Made by a program: the position numbers and the translations under genes. Below, piece after piece: positions 1 through 11,729 of a stretch of DNA of 64,000 nt; position 1 is the first letter of the stretch; each line of letters opens with the position of its first letter. The stretch covers positions 2,059,370 through 2,123,369 of the forward strand of contig MU057744.1 of the NCBI GenBank assembly GCA_013265495.1. Direction: 5' to 3'. The notes below the pieces were generated by a model. The model was not told where the DNA came from. It made no database searches and worked only from the letters and a program-made list of their open reading frames with translations. This DNA is from Vicugna vicugna (Eukaryota).

Positions 1-36
1 AAAACCTTTATTGCTTAAATTAGCTCAAGTTGGTTC

Positions 37-583
37 TGAGACGGGAGGGAGGGGGCAGGGCGCAGCCATTAAAGGAATGGCACAGCCATTAGCACCAAGG
101 TGGCGGAAGGGTCAGCTCCCAGTAGTCCTTGAGCATCAGCGCACACTCACTGGATACAGCAGCTGCCAAAGTGACACTCCCACAGGTGCCAGCGCAGTTT
201 CCAGGCTGCCCACGGAAGGTCAAAAGGTGAGTGACGGCCCATCCTGGGCTCCCAGCCCTGCCCAAAGCAGTGGGAACAGTCCTCCCACTTGTCAGCATAT
301 GACGTCACCGAGCCCAGAAAAACTACCCACCCCATGCCTCATGGTCGATCTCATTTTTCCTAGCAGACCCCCATCCTCTGAGGCCACAGCTGCTCTCCCG
401 TCTAAGACAGACCATGTGCTGTCTATGGAGTATGTATCTCTCTGAATGAAACTTTTACCCAGCTGTGGCTCGCTCTTGAGTTCTTTCCTGCATGAAGCCA
501 AGGACTGACACCTGGTGGGGCCCAGGACTAGCCTGGAACCTGGGGCACGGCCATCCTCTCGCCCCACGTGTTTTCCTGTATCA
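37..583 (+). mobile_element. Solo ERV1-type LTR (family A, copy 1)
   Basis: Starts TGAGACGGGAGGG and ends TTTTCCTGTATCA (TG...CA). It is colinear with the copy at 35972-36496. No clean TSD. Confidence 0.8.
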
Positions 584-2245
584 TCTTCACTGAACTTGCC
601 ACCACATGGTCTCTATGAAGAACACACATCATAGTAAGACTGGCTTAGAGTACAGCAGCCTGGCCCCGGGTCACAAGAGCCCCAGACAGGTCACGGAGTC
701 GGAAGCAGTGTGGTGGCACCTTCCTGGGCACCAGGCGAGGCCACACGTGCACCCGGGCTCCGTCCTGTTCCCACACCGACTACTGGAGCTCCGGAGCAAG
801 GTGTAGCCCGGGGAAGCGTTCCTCACCACCTCATGTCAGCCTTGACGTGACGGGCTGCTCCACGTGGGAGGTCTGGAGGTAATGACCTGCTATTTTTGTT
901 GTGACAAATTACCATGTTGGAAACAGGAGAGGACAGTCAGAGGGTAACCAGGCACCCGCTGAGGGATGGAGGAGCCCGGGCGGGGACCGCAGCGCGGCAG
1001 CCTGATGCTCACGGATGCAGCGGCAGTCACGTCCCAGGATGCCGTCTTTTCCTGTGATGCCCGCACACGGACAGCTGGGTTCTCACACGCCCAGAAAATA
1101 CTGTTCTGGATGTGGAAGGCTTTCCTTTGGCAAACTCGAGAATGAAGTATCAGCATAGAAACAGGGGCAGCAAACCACTTCTGTTTCCAGAATGATTCCA
1201 ACTGTGTTCTCTGAACACATGAAGAAAAAACAATTAAGCTTTGAAACGGGTAACACTGTGCATGTTTGATGATTCATGTTGTGCTTAGAGTGTAAGCTGG
1301 CCACCGCCTCTCACCTCACTCCCTGGGGGTAAGAGATGGAGGCAATTGTGCAAACGCTTGGAGGCTCTGCAGCCAGGAGCAGGCAGTGAAACATACTGAA
1401 ATAAGAATTGGAATTAAGTTTCCTTGGTCACACATTGTAAAAAATTGATGATGATTCTGTCAGAAGCAGACACTGAGAATTCTTTGATGTATAATAAATG
1501 CTTGTCACTAAGTGTGAAGAGCCACAGAGTGCAAACAAGTTAGTATTTCGCAGAGATGAGGATGAATGCTGGGCGTAGCCCCTGTTCACGTGCCTTGTCA
1601 ATGCGTGGGCTTCCTGACTTGTGCTTATTTAGCTCATGTGAACGGGGATGGATGGCTACTTTCCTCGGTTGAAGTAAATGGCCTTTGGCTTCACTTGGCT
1701 GTTGCAGGAGGCACCCCGGGACCACACTGATTATCTGGGGCTGACTTAGACTCTGTTGCATGCTGCCTGCTTTGTGCTAAGAGGTTCTGCAAATTCCCCG
1801 TATGTCAGAGGAGTCAAAGTGAGCTTCTGGTTTTCGTCCTGTCTTGTGTGTGGCGGGGCCAGGAGTCAGGGTGTAGGGAAGGGCAGCTTCGCAGGCCCTG
1901 GGCACGTGGGGAGCCACTTCCCAGAACCCGGGCGAGCTGAGGTCCTAGAGTGGCCGGCAGGGTGCTTGTCACAATTGCTTTTCTTCTCTCATGTTTCTGG
2001 TACATTTGAGGAAAAGAATGCGTTCCACTGGGTACCCGCTTAAACATCAGATTCCTGTTTTCCTAGACTGCCTCTTATCTAGGGTGGGTGTTAAGCTAGC
2101 TGTTAAGTGCAGTTCGAGTCGTACAAGTGCTGTACTTTGGTGAATATTCACGACCTTGGAAGACGTAGAAGGACCCACTCGTTCCTGTGGAGACTGGAAC
2201 AGAACTGGGAGACGGAACTACTTGTTACTCAGGGACAGATTTTTT

Positions 2246-2722
2246 AAAGTTCAAAAGAAATTTTTTTTTTAATTGAAGTACAGTCAGTTACAACGTGTCA
2301 GTTTCTGGTGTACAGCACAGTGTCCTGTCATGCATGGACACACATATATTTGTTGTCATATTCTTTTTTATTAAAGGCTATTACAGGGTATCGAGGCCGC
2401 CTCTCGCTCCCTCCTCTTCGGAGACAGCCCGCACTCTTGTCTGTGGAGTGTGTACCTACTTTTACTCTAATCTGAGCACCCAACCCCGACACCTCGTGGC
2501 CTTTCTCTTGCCTTTTGAAACAGCCTACACTCTATGCAGTATGTATCTCTCTAAATAAATCTACCTTTACTTAAAAAAAGAAAAAAAAAGAGTTATTACA
2601 AGATATTGAATATAGTTCCCTGTGCTATAGAGAAGAAATCTGTTCTTTATCTATTTTTATATATAGTGGTTAACATTTGCAGATCGCCAACTCCCAAATT
2701 TATCCCTTCCCGTCCCCATTCC
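2246..2722 (-). mobile_element. 5'-truncated L1 3' end, interrupted by an LTR-derived insertion
   Basis: Poly(T) followed by AATTGAAGTACAGTCAGTTACAA, the same 3'UTR as other copies in the window. TSD CTCAGGGACAGA(T/C)TTTTT at 2228-2245 and 2723-2740. Confidence 0.85.
2393..2590 (+). mobile_element. Poly(A)-tailed fragment of a family-A LTR (probable L1-mediated retrocopy)
   Basis: Similar to 36290-36365 and about 395-460. AATAAA at 2554-2559, A tail from 2573. The host L1 sequence is duplicated on both sides (AAAGGCTATTACAG / AAAGAGTTATTACAAG). Confidence 0.75.
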
Positions 2723-2843
2723 CTCAGGGACAGACTTTTTAAAATTGCTAACTGTATCAATGTCTATCTAAAAAAAATAACTTTTTACATTAAAAGCTCA
2801 ATTTTTATAGTTAAATTACACATTCCCAACCATACTGAATACA

Positions 2844-3218
2844 CAAGCATACCTCCCTTCATGGCATTTATTTTATTGCGCTTAGCAGACACTGCAATTA
2901 CAAACTGAAAGTCTGTTGACCTTGAAACCTGAAAAAGTCTGTCAACTCTCCATCGAGCAAGTCTCTTGGTGCTGTTTTTCCAACAGTAGTGGCTCTCCCT
3001 GCGTCCCATTTTGGTCACTCTCACCGTGTTTCAAGCTCTTCCAGGTTCTCTTGTCTTTTATGGGGACCTGTGGTCAGTGACCTTTGATGTCACCACTACA
3101 GCTCACTCAAGGCTCAGGTGCTGGTTGGCCCTGCTTAGCAAGAAAACAGTTTTCAATTAAGGTGTGTGCTGTTTAAAGACATAATGCTCTTGCCCATCTA
3201 CTAGACGACAGGGCAGTG
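2844..3218 (+). mobile_element. Tigger1-derived internally deleted DNA transposon (Tigger1a-like)
   Basis: Begins CAAGCATACCTC...TTTATTGCGCTTAGCAGA...CGAGCAAGTCT, then jumps to the 3' motif GGCTCAGGTGCTGGTT...AATTAAGGT...GACATAATGCT. Confidence 0.75.
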
Positions 3219-3224
3219 CCTGCA

Positions 3225-3362
3225 GGTGGTTACACGTCACTGAGCTCGGTGTCTTCATCTGTAGAAGAGGAGGAACCGTCCACATGCCTCAGGGTGTCTG
3301 GGGCCTCAACTGATATAATGCACGTCGAGGACCTGGCTCGTGGTTATTCAATAAAGGCTGGT
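3225..3362 (+). mobile_element. MIR SINE fragment
   Basis: Degenerate core CTGAGCTCGGTGTCTTCATCTGTAGAA and tail TTCAATAAAGG. Confidence 0.55.
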
Positions 3363-3759
3363 TTTGTTTTCCGTTTTACTATTTAATCAATACTTATTGA
3401 GGGACCAGTTCATGCTCAGTATTGTCCTGTAGAATCTGAGGTTTCTGATGTGCAAAGTACTCCTTACCTGTCAGGGGTCAGCTTATCAATGTCACATATT
3501 AGACAGTGAATAGTCCAGTGTAACAGGCATTTTCATGCAGCCTTATGGCTCAGAATATGTGTTACTACTGTTAAAAAAAGGAAAGAAAAGAAGTCAGGGA
3601 AGGCTTTGCAGTGGTAGTAGATCTTGAGTTAACAGACACTTCGTTCTTTGTGCTACTCACAAGAAACAGACCATTTTAAAAGCACAGCCCTAGAATTTGC
3701 AAATCAACTCCCAAAGTCAACCCTTCAGCTGGTCAATTCAAACCCAGTGGGAGACCATA

Positions 3760-3904
3760 TTTTTTGGAGGGGTGGACATTAGCTCAGTTTATTTATTTAT
3801 TGTTAGGTTTTCGTTTTTGGTTTTTTTAATGGAAGAACCAGAGATTGAACCCAGGACCCCCGTGCAAGCTAAGCACGTGCTCTACCACTGAGCTGTACCC
3901 TCCC
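3760..3904 (-). mobile_element. tRNA-derived camelid SINE (vic-1-like)
   Basis: Reverse complement reads GGGAGGGTACAGCTCAGTGGTAGAGCACGTGCTTAGCTTGCACGGGGGTCCTGGGTTCAATC, followed by an A-rich (AAAT)n tail. Confidence 0.85.
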
Positions 3905-4965
3905 TGACGACTGACTGCATGCTTGAGTTGTGCTTTATGTTAATGTGTTAGTGGGCTTCGTAGGATATTTTACAGTCTATGTCATTTCAGAAAGTTGTTA
4001 ACTGTCAAAAGTCAAAATGGAAACTTTTTACCGTGTCCTAAATTTACGATTCTGGGCAGGGCTGAGTAATGGTTCCCATGCAAATCGCCTCCCCTGATAA
4101 TCTCCTCATTGGAGATTCCTTCGAGGAGAGAGACCAGCACCAGAGCAGCCGTTTAAGCTGTTTCAACCTTTCAACCTGCTTCCATGCCTTCGTCTTTAAT
4201 TCCAAATCATTTTCTTTCTTTCCTGAGGCCAAAATGAGTCTTTGAACTTGGCAGTCTTTAATCAGAAGATTCATTATTCTAGAAACAGGTCTAATCTTAC
4301 GATTAAAATGAGTCAGGCTGCACACATTTCATTTATTTTTTTCTCTAAGACCCAGAAACAGGAGTTAGAACCCATCAAAAGTTTGCTTCCTGTAACAAAT
4401 ACGGAGGCCAGCTCCGGTGAGCCCTGCAGCTGTCAGAGGGATTCCAGAACTAATGGATTTCTGCATTAAGCTTTTCTTTTTTTTTAGATACAGAAGGATT
4501 CCAGGGGAACTTCAGAATTCTGCTATTCTAAAGGCTCCTGTCTCTCGACTCCTTGTTGTTCTGAAGTTTTAAAAGTCGTGTCTGTTTTACCTGGTGGCTG
4601 ACCCAAGCAAACACAAACACAAAGAACTAAAAGCAGAGGCCCATTACCTGACGGCCGCGTTTACTTCATGTGATGTGGGAACCTGCTGTTGTTCTAGGCC
4701 TTTCCCTTCTAAATAGGTTCTTTTGAAGCATGAAATTGAGTTCACAGTACACTAAATGCTGGTGGCCTAGAATCTGAGGACACCGCCCTAGATGAGCCCA
4801 GAGAGTCCTGTCCAGACGTTTCTGAAGGAGATGCAGTCCCTGTGCTTAGACAGCAGAAACCCAGGCCAGGGTTGACATTCACACTAGTTGGCAGTGAAGG
4901 CGCCTCAGAGCTTCCCACCGTTAAGGCCGGGGGTTTGGATGGAGCACAAGAGCGAGAGTGGAGTT

Positions 4966-5062
4966 GGGTGGGGAGCTCAGGGGCAGAGCACATGCATGAG
5001 GTCCTGGTCCTCCATTAGCAAAAGTGAAATAAATAAACCTAATTACCTCCCCACACATAAAA
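4966..5062 (+). mobile_element. Degenerate vic-1-like SINE
   Basis: AGCTCAGGGGCAGAGCACATGCATGAGGTCCTGG...CTCCATT...AAATAAATAAACCTAATTACCTCCCC; the tail is shared with the copy at 32511. Confidence 0.7.
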
Positions 5063-7114
5063 CAAATTTGGAAAACAAAAAAACAAGAGCGAGAGTGAAG
5101 GCAGGGACACTGCTTGGCCCAAAGTCTCAAACGTGTCAGTACTGCAGATTTTAGGGTTCCCAACTTAAGATCAAGAAGACTTTCCACCGAAGACATCTGT
5201 TTCAGGTTATTTCATTCAACATATTATTCAGCATATTTAGAAAATTACGGTTCTTGAATGAGTTGATTTTTAAGGGGAAAAATCATGCAACAAAATAGAT
5301 GTAGTGTGACTGTTTTGTGGAAAATAAACATATATTTATGTTTTTACTATTTATTTTAAATATTTTATATGCAATTTTATATGTATGTATGTAAAATACT
5401 TGTATTTCTCTGTGTGTACATGTGTATGCATATATGAAAGAGGCGGGATAGAGATATTATTTGTGCCTTATTTTTTCCTGAGCAAACTTTCTGCTATTGT
5501 TAAAGATACAGATATTTACATATGAGTCTAACTCCATAAGTGTGTCCCAAGCATCGTGTGACATTCCCTGGGCTACAAAAGAGGCCTTAAGTTGCCCAGA
5601 TGGTGCTCCTCTCTGCCTTCAACAGAGGCTGCAACGAGCCATAGTGGGTTCCTGTTTCTCAGCGCAACTGGTTCTGACTTGTGTAAAATGTGGACATCAC
5701 CCCACCCCAGACCTTACTTACTGGTAGTGTGAGACGGGCCCTTTCCTCCTGGGGCCCCCATTGCTCACCAGCTACAAGGATGTCGGGACTTGAGCGTTTC
5801 ATGTTTGGCCACGGACTTAGGTAAAACTAGGTGGCATCCGTGGGGTCAAATCCTCCCCGAACAGCATCTTGTACTCCCCACAGATTTACTAGCTCACCTG
5901 GGATGGGTGAGTTAGCAGCAACAGCTTTGTGTACCAACTAGCACAGATCACTCATCTTCATTCTGGCTTATTCAGTGTTAGAATTGGGGAAGGCTGTGAG
6001 GTAGTGGGACCACTCAGTTCAAATCACCAAGAGGTCTGGCAAGGTGATTCATTCATAATCATTCTCCCCCTAGTTTTTCCACGCAACACCTTATAACATA
6101 GCTTTGGATGACTGACATCGCTAATGCACTCTTGTCCTGATGGTATCTGCTCAGAGAGTCTTTAACGTACAGCTGTTTAATACAACTGAAGTTAACCCTC
6201 CGTTGAAACAATCAGACGGTGACGTCATGGAATCTCTCCAGGGACTCTTGCACGCCGCGCTCTTGCTTTAACGTGTTGCGTTCATTCCTCGGGCGTAGTC
6301 AGGGTTTATACGTGGCAATCACACAAGACTGGTCCACGGGGGCCCAGCAGTAACAGGTGCTAATGACTCCAGGGACTTTGCTCAGCATGAGGAGCTAATG
6401 CTCGGCTAGGACGCACGCTAGGAAGTGGCAGTGTGTGAAACTGAGATGACCCTGACCTCGTCCCCAGCCCTGCATTTCCACAGTGCTGGCTGCCCAACCC
6501 TGTAAACTGCCACGTCGTGGCTCTGCTCGTGCTCCTCCCAAGACAGCAACTGCAGTGACCTTGGTGTCTTTATGACTGTGCCTGGTAGCAGGCCTTGCAT
6601 AAACTTGAACTTCCATGATGGAGCTGCTCGCATTTCGCCTTGTCCCCCTTCTCTGGAGAGACAGTCTGAGCTCTGAGTTGAGTCCTCTCGCCAGCGCCCA
6701 CAGGCAGGCTCCCTGCCAGCCATGCACAGTGTCACTGCTGCTTTAACTTAAACACACTGATGTGTATTTTTTGAATGCTCACGTCTGGGCTTTCTAGCAA
6801 AAATCTACTTTATCTGATCATTAAAGATAAATGAGAATTCAAATAATCATCAGAGAAATAAAGGTAGAAATTTAAAACCATGAGGAATATTTTCTCTCCC
6901 CCAAGTCTTTATAACCTTATTGGTTTTGAACTACTTTTAGAATCAAATAAGAGCTAGAAAACTTCTTACAAGGAAAAAAACAAAAAGAGCACACACAGCA
7001 ATTGTTCCCTACAGTTTCAGGTCGTCTTTGATGCTCTGAAATCCAAGCACGGACCAACGGAAATGCACTGGACTTACGTGAAGCTCCGTGCTTAAGACTT
7101 GCTTTTGTTTGCAG

Positions 7115-7256
7115 GACGTTAGCTGAGGAGGCAGGAGATGTCACAGAAAGTACATGTCCTGCAGGAACATTCCTCAGGACGTGGGGTCACTGGTGCCAAA
7201 GAGGACTGATGTTTCATGATGAGAAATATATGCAGGGACCCAGACCCAGATTTGAG
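7115..7256 (+). other. Candidate internal exon (142 nt) of an unknown, probably non-coding transcript
   Basis: Acceptor CTTGCTTTTGTTTGCAG| and consensus donor GAG|GTGAGT. One frame is open but the peptide is not recognised. Confidence 0.3.
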
Positions 7257-7670
7257 GTGAGTATGTTATTTTTCCTGATTCGGGGCAAATATTGTAGCTA
7301 TTGGCCTTGGCGATTTATTTGCTGAATTGAGGCAGTGATGCGTCACTGATGAACCACAGTATGGGTGATTAACTGAACACTTACAGAATGTTCTAGATTC
7401 TCCTCCCCTGGTCTGTTAACACACAGTGGATCCAGCCTGTCTTCCTCTATGAGTGCTGATTTCCCTAAACTTGTCTTAAGATATTTTAATTTCACGTCCT
7501 CCAAAATTCAACCTTCCAAGTTTAGGATGAGAACACGCTTTGGTTAGGTGGAGGAGAGAGAAGTTTTCACTCCTTATTCCCTCTCCTTCCCACATCCTTA
7601 GAGCAGGACCTAGAGTAAGAGCTTGGGGGACTGTGAGAAGACCACAGGCTTTAACCCCAGAAGGAATTAC

Positions 7671-8223
7671 TTTTTTTTTGTATTGAAATATAGTCAGTTT
7701 CCAATGTTGTGTTAATTTCAGGTGTACAGCATAGTGATTCAGTTATACATATATATGTGTTCATTTTCAGATTCTTTTTCATTATAGGTTATTGCAAGAT
7801 ACTGAATATAGTTCCCTGTGCTGTACAGTAGATACTTATTGTTTACCAATTTTATATATAGTGGCATGTATCTGCAAATTTCAAACTCCTAATTCATCCC
7901 TCCAGCCTCCCTTTTCCCCCTGGTAACCGGAAGTTTGACTTCTATGTCTTTGAGTCTGTTTCTGTTTTGTAAATATGTTCATTGATGTCTTTACTTTTCT
8001 AGATTCCGCATATGAGTGATATCACATGGTATTTGTCTTTCTATGTCTGACTTACTGTACTTAGTATGACAGTTTCCAGATCCATCCACGTTGCTGCAAG
8101 TGGCATTATTTATTGTTTTTTATGGCTGAGTAGTATTCCATTGTATAAATGTACATACACAGCTTCTTTATCCAGTTGTCTGTCAATGGACATTTAGGCT
8201 GTTTCCATGTCCTGGCTATTGTA
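7671..8223 (-). mobile_element. 5'-truncated L1 3' end
   Basis: Poly(T), then L1 3'UTR, then ORF2 C-terminus (TIARTWKQPKCPLTDNWIKKL...YTMEYYSAIK in ORF 8106-8381). Confidence 0.9.
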
Positions 8224-8644
8224 TCCTTCTTTTTATTTGTGTAATATAGTTGGGGTTTGGGGAGGACTCTGGCAACAGTTAAAGTGACACTCAGGCAAGC
8301 TTTCACTGTCTGATGACCATTAGAGCCATTAGCTGTTTTAGGATTCTGCTCGCCCTCCTGCAGGCTTGTGCAGTCCTGCACCCCACACCCAGGTCTGTGG
8401 TCAGGGCTGTCTGCAGGACGTGATTTAGCCAGTTCATATGTGTGTTCATCCTGCAGTGCAAACCCTTCTTGCTACTGTAATAATGAAGACGTACTTCTCT
8501 GTGCCCAGAGTTAGAAGGTGTCTGAGTTTCACCTGTCCAGTAGTGGATGCTGTTTTCATAATCATAACAGTGGAAGTTGTACTGATGGGAATACAACTGA
8601 GATTATGACAATGGAAATGCTGTTAACTGTCTTATAATCAACCC

Positions 8645-9071
8645 TGTACTAGTCAGGGCTTCCTAGAGAAGCAGAATCAACAGGATGGACATATTTCACA
8701 TATACAGGAGAGAGAGAGAGAAAGGTGAATTGATTTGCTTTGAAGAATTGGCTCACATGATTGTGGAGGGCTGGCAGTTCAGAAATCCCCAGGGCAAGCG
8801 AGCAGGCTGAAGACCCAGGGAAGATTCAAGGTTGCACTGAGTCCAAAGGAAATCTGGAGGAGAAATTTCTCTTCCTCCAAGGACCTTGGTCTTTTCTCGT
8901 CAACTGATTAGACAAGTCCCACCCCGATTATGGAAGATAATCTGCTTTACTCAAAGTCTAATGACAAATGTTCCTCTACTTAAAAACACCACCACAACAT
9001 CCAGACTGGCATTTGACCAAACATCTCGGCACTGTGCCTAGGCAAGCTGACTCACAAAATTAGCCATCCCA
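8645..9071 (-). mobile_element. MLT2 (ERVL) solo LTR
   Basis: TGTACTAGTCAGGGCTTCCTAGAGAAGCAGAA...AATTGGCTCACATGATTGTGGAGG...CACAAAATTAGCCATCCCA. Near-TSD AACCC/AACCT. Confidence 0.8.
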
Positions 9072-9479
9072 AACCTACAGAACAAACACAGAAGATTTTG
9101 ATATGGTCAAAGATAAGGAGTAAATGTTAACCACAACAACATGAAAATAAAAACCTAATGGGTAGGAACTGGGTTAGTGACAGGGTGATAGAGATGAAGG
9201 ATGAAGAAACAGAAGGTTAATGAGTATAGGAAATCAATACAATAACCTACACTTGGGAAGAGAGGTGGGCGAGGAGTGTATTCATGTGAATCACGAAGTC
9301 CTGATCTTCCACAGTGAAAATCAATGTCTTACAGTGCAGGTTCATAACAAAGGTATAAGCATAAGAAATCAGACAAGCTTCTTGGGTAAGTGGCAGATTT
9401 CACACGAGGACAAGGCAGGCAAAGGTGGGCTGAGGACAACTTAACAGGTCATAAGACAGTGAAGCATTCTGTGCTGTGT

Positions 9480-9810
9480 CAGAAGGATACAGGACAAGCT
9501 TGAAGGGGCTCCCAGTGGCTGAAGTAACGACAATTTACATGTGAAAAAATTGATGCGTAGAGTCTAACCCACTGAATCTGTGGACACGCAGGAGTTTGTA
9601 ATGACACTCACAAAAGCCATGAAAATCTCATTTTTTTCATCATTAAAAACGCTATTGAACCAACTCCTCAGTCTGAAAATTGGTAATTAAATGGAAAGCA
9701 GTAAGCGATTATTCAGGAAGAATTGAATGACCCAAGACAACCCATTTTAAATGCCCCTGTTGACAAAGTAATGCTCTTTAGAAGAATTCTAATTAATAAA
9801 TCTATAAGAG
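9480..9810 (+). mobile_element. Old L1M (L1MC-like) 3'UTR fragment
   Basis: Motif TTGAAGGGGCTCCCAGTGGC...GACAATTT; highly diverged. Confidence 0.45.
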
Positions 9811-11729
9811 AGGATATCTTTTTTCTTCTTTAATTCTCAGGAAATTCTTAAGTTAGAAATTGATGTTAAATCCATCACGTGAATGGTTGATGGGAAATAA
9901 ATACAGATCTTGATTCCAAGAGGAGGGAAGAAGAGAAAGACAAAAAGAGAAACTGACTGAATTCAGCTACTAATTTGAAAAGTAAACCCTAATGGAAAGC
10001 CAGCAAAGATTATTTCAGGAACACAACGTCAGATGAGAAACGGCTAGTTTTCAGAATTTCACAATTAGTGCTGTACCTTCTTTTGTAAATTAAATTGACG
10101 TGATGTTCTCACCTATAATTAGGATCCAAGTGAAATCCTCCACAAACTGCCTCTCTTGGGGGCCACGATGTGTACTTTCCCTGTGAACAACCAAAAGCCA
10201 AACTTTCATTTTTAATCTTCTTCACCTGGACAACTGGTAGAAATTCAGCGCTGAGGGGGTCTTAAAAGGCTCTACAGTTTTTTTTCTGGACAACATACGT
10301 GGCTAATGTTCATTGTTACATGTGTGCAGCAAAGCACCGTAAGTAACAACTGCTATGGTTTGTTGCTGAACAGGGATTGCCTACTGATGACTTCTCAAGA
10401 AAAAAATCACATTCCCCTTTGTGGTGCAGAGTGCAGTGGGCTAAAAAAAAATTAACTCTGCACACAAATCTTATGGAGGAAAGTAAAGTGCCAGGTTCTC
10501 CAGGCGTGGATGGTGACATGGGGATAAAGGGATTTAGAAACCCAGTTCTCCCTCAGGACTGCCTGTCCCTCAATCGTATTTTCTTGTTGCAGATCCTATT
10601 TATAAAGCCAGAGATGACTATCACTCCTCTGAAGGGTCTTGCACTAACAATACAGGAGAGAATAAAAGCAAATTAATTTAAAAATACTACCCCCTTCCAA
10701 AAATGTTGCATTAGATGATTTCCAGAGAATTAGAAGCATTTAATGTTAGAAAATGCTTTAAAATAGCTGGAAAAGCACTATGTGGGGTTATGTCACTGAA
10801 GTCATCATAAATGTATTATCAATTTAACATTTATATTTAACGCTGTTGCCTGACTACAATTAATTCCATGCTGTCACATTATTATTAGTGACATTATCTC
10901 ATCATCTTGGCGTTTTCAGAAAATGTTCCCAGTGGTGATATCAGTGAATAGCTTAGCATTAAGATTTCTTATCAATATTCCTTAGTTGTGCTAATTTGAA
11001 TTAGAGGATTTGGTTTATCCTCAGGATAAAGGCTGAGTTATTTTATGCACTGCTATTTCAACGGACTGGGCTTTTTTCACAAATGCTGATTAGTAACCTC
11101 ATTATTGAAAAAAAAATAAAACCTCAAATTTGGTTGAAAACTTCACATGGATTCACTGTGTAACCCTGAGAAAGCTACAGGTTTAAGGGCCACACGCTCT
11201 GAGCTATATGTAAGCCAGTAATATTCTACGCTCAACTGCAATATTGTTTCCCCAAAGAAAACACTGGGCCCTCTTTGCTCATGATTTAAACAGTAGCCAA
11301 GACCTCTGACCAGGATTAAGGAGCAAATAATAAACCATAAGTAAACAGAAAGCCTATCTCCCAATAACTGAAAGAGGGATCTACCTGGAAGGGAAACCAC
11401 AGGTACCAAAGTTCAGGTATAAAAATTTCTCTCACTCTGCTTCATGCCCTTGTTCTCCTCACTTCAATCAAAGTTCTATAATCACATAGCTAAAAAAAAT
11501 AATAAAGAACGGAAAAGTTTATACTGTAAAGCAGCAGGCCCTTGTCCCACGGCTCTTCACCCCCAGTCCCCAGAGGCAATGTCATCTAATCCTTTTGTCT
11601 TTAGACATGGTAATCACTTTCCTAATCTAATCAGGTTTCAGTGCGAATACCCCAAATCAGGTGCATTATATTTACCATGTATGTAAAAAAATGATATCAC
11701 GGTCAATTAGCTGGTTTTGTATTGTGCCC

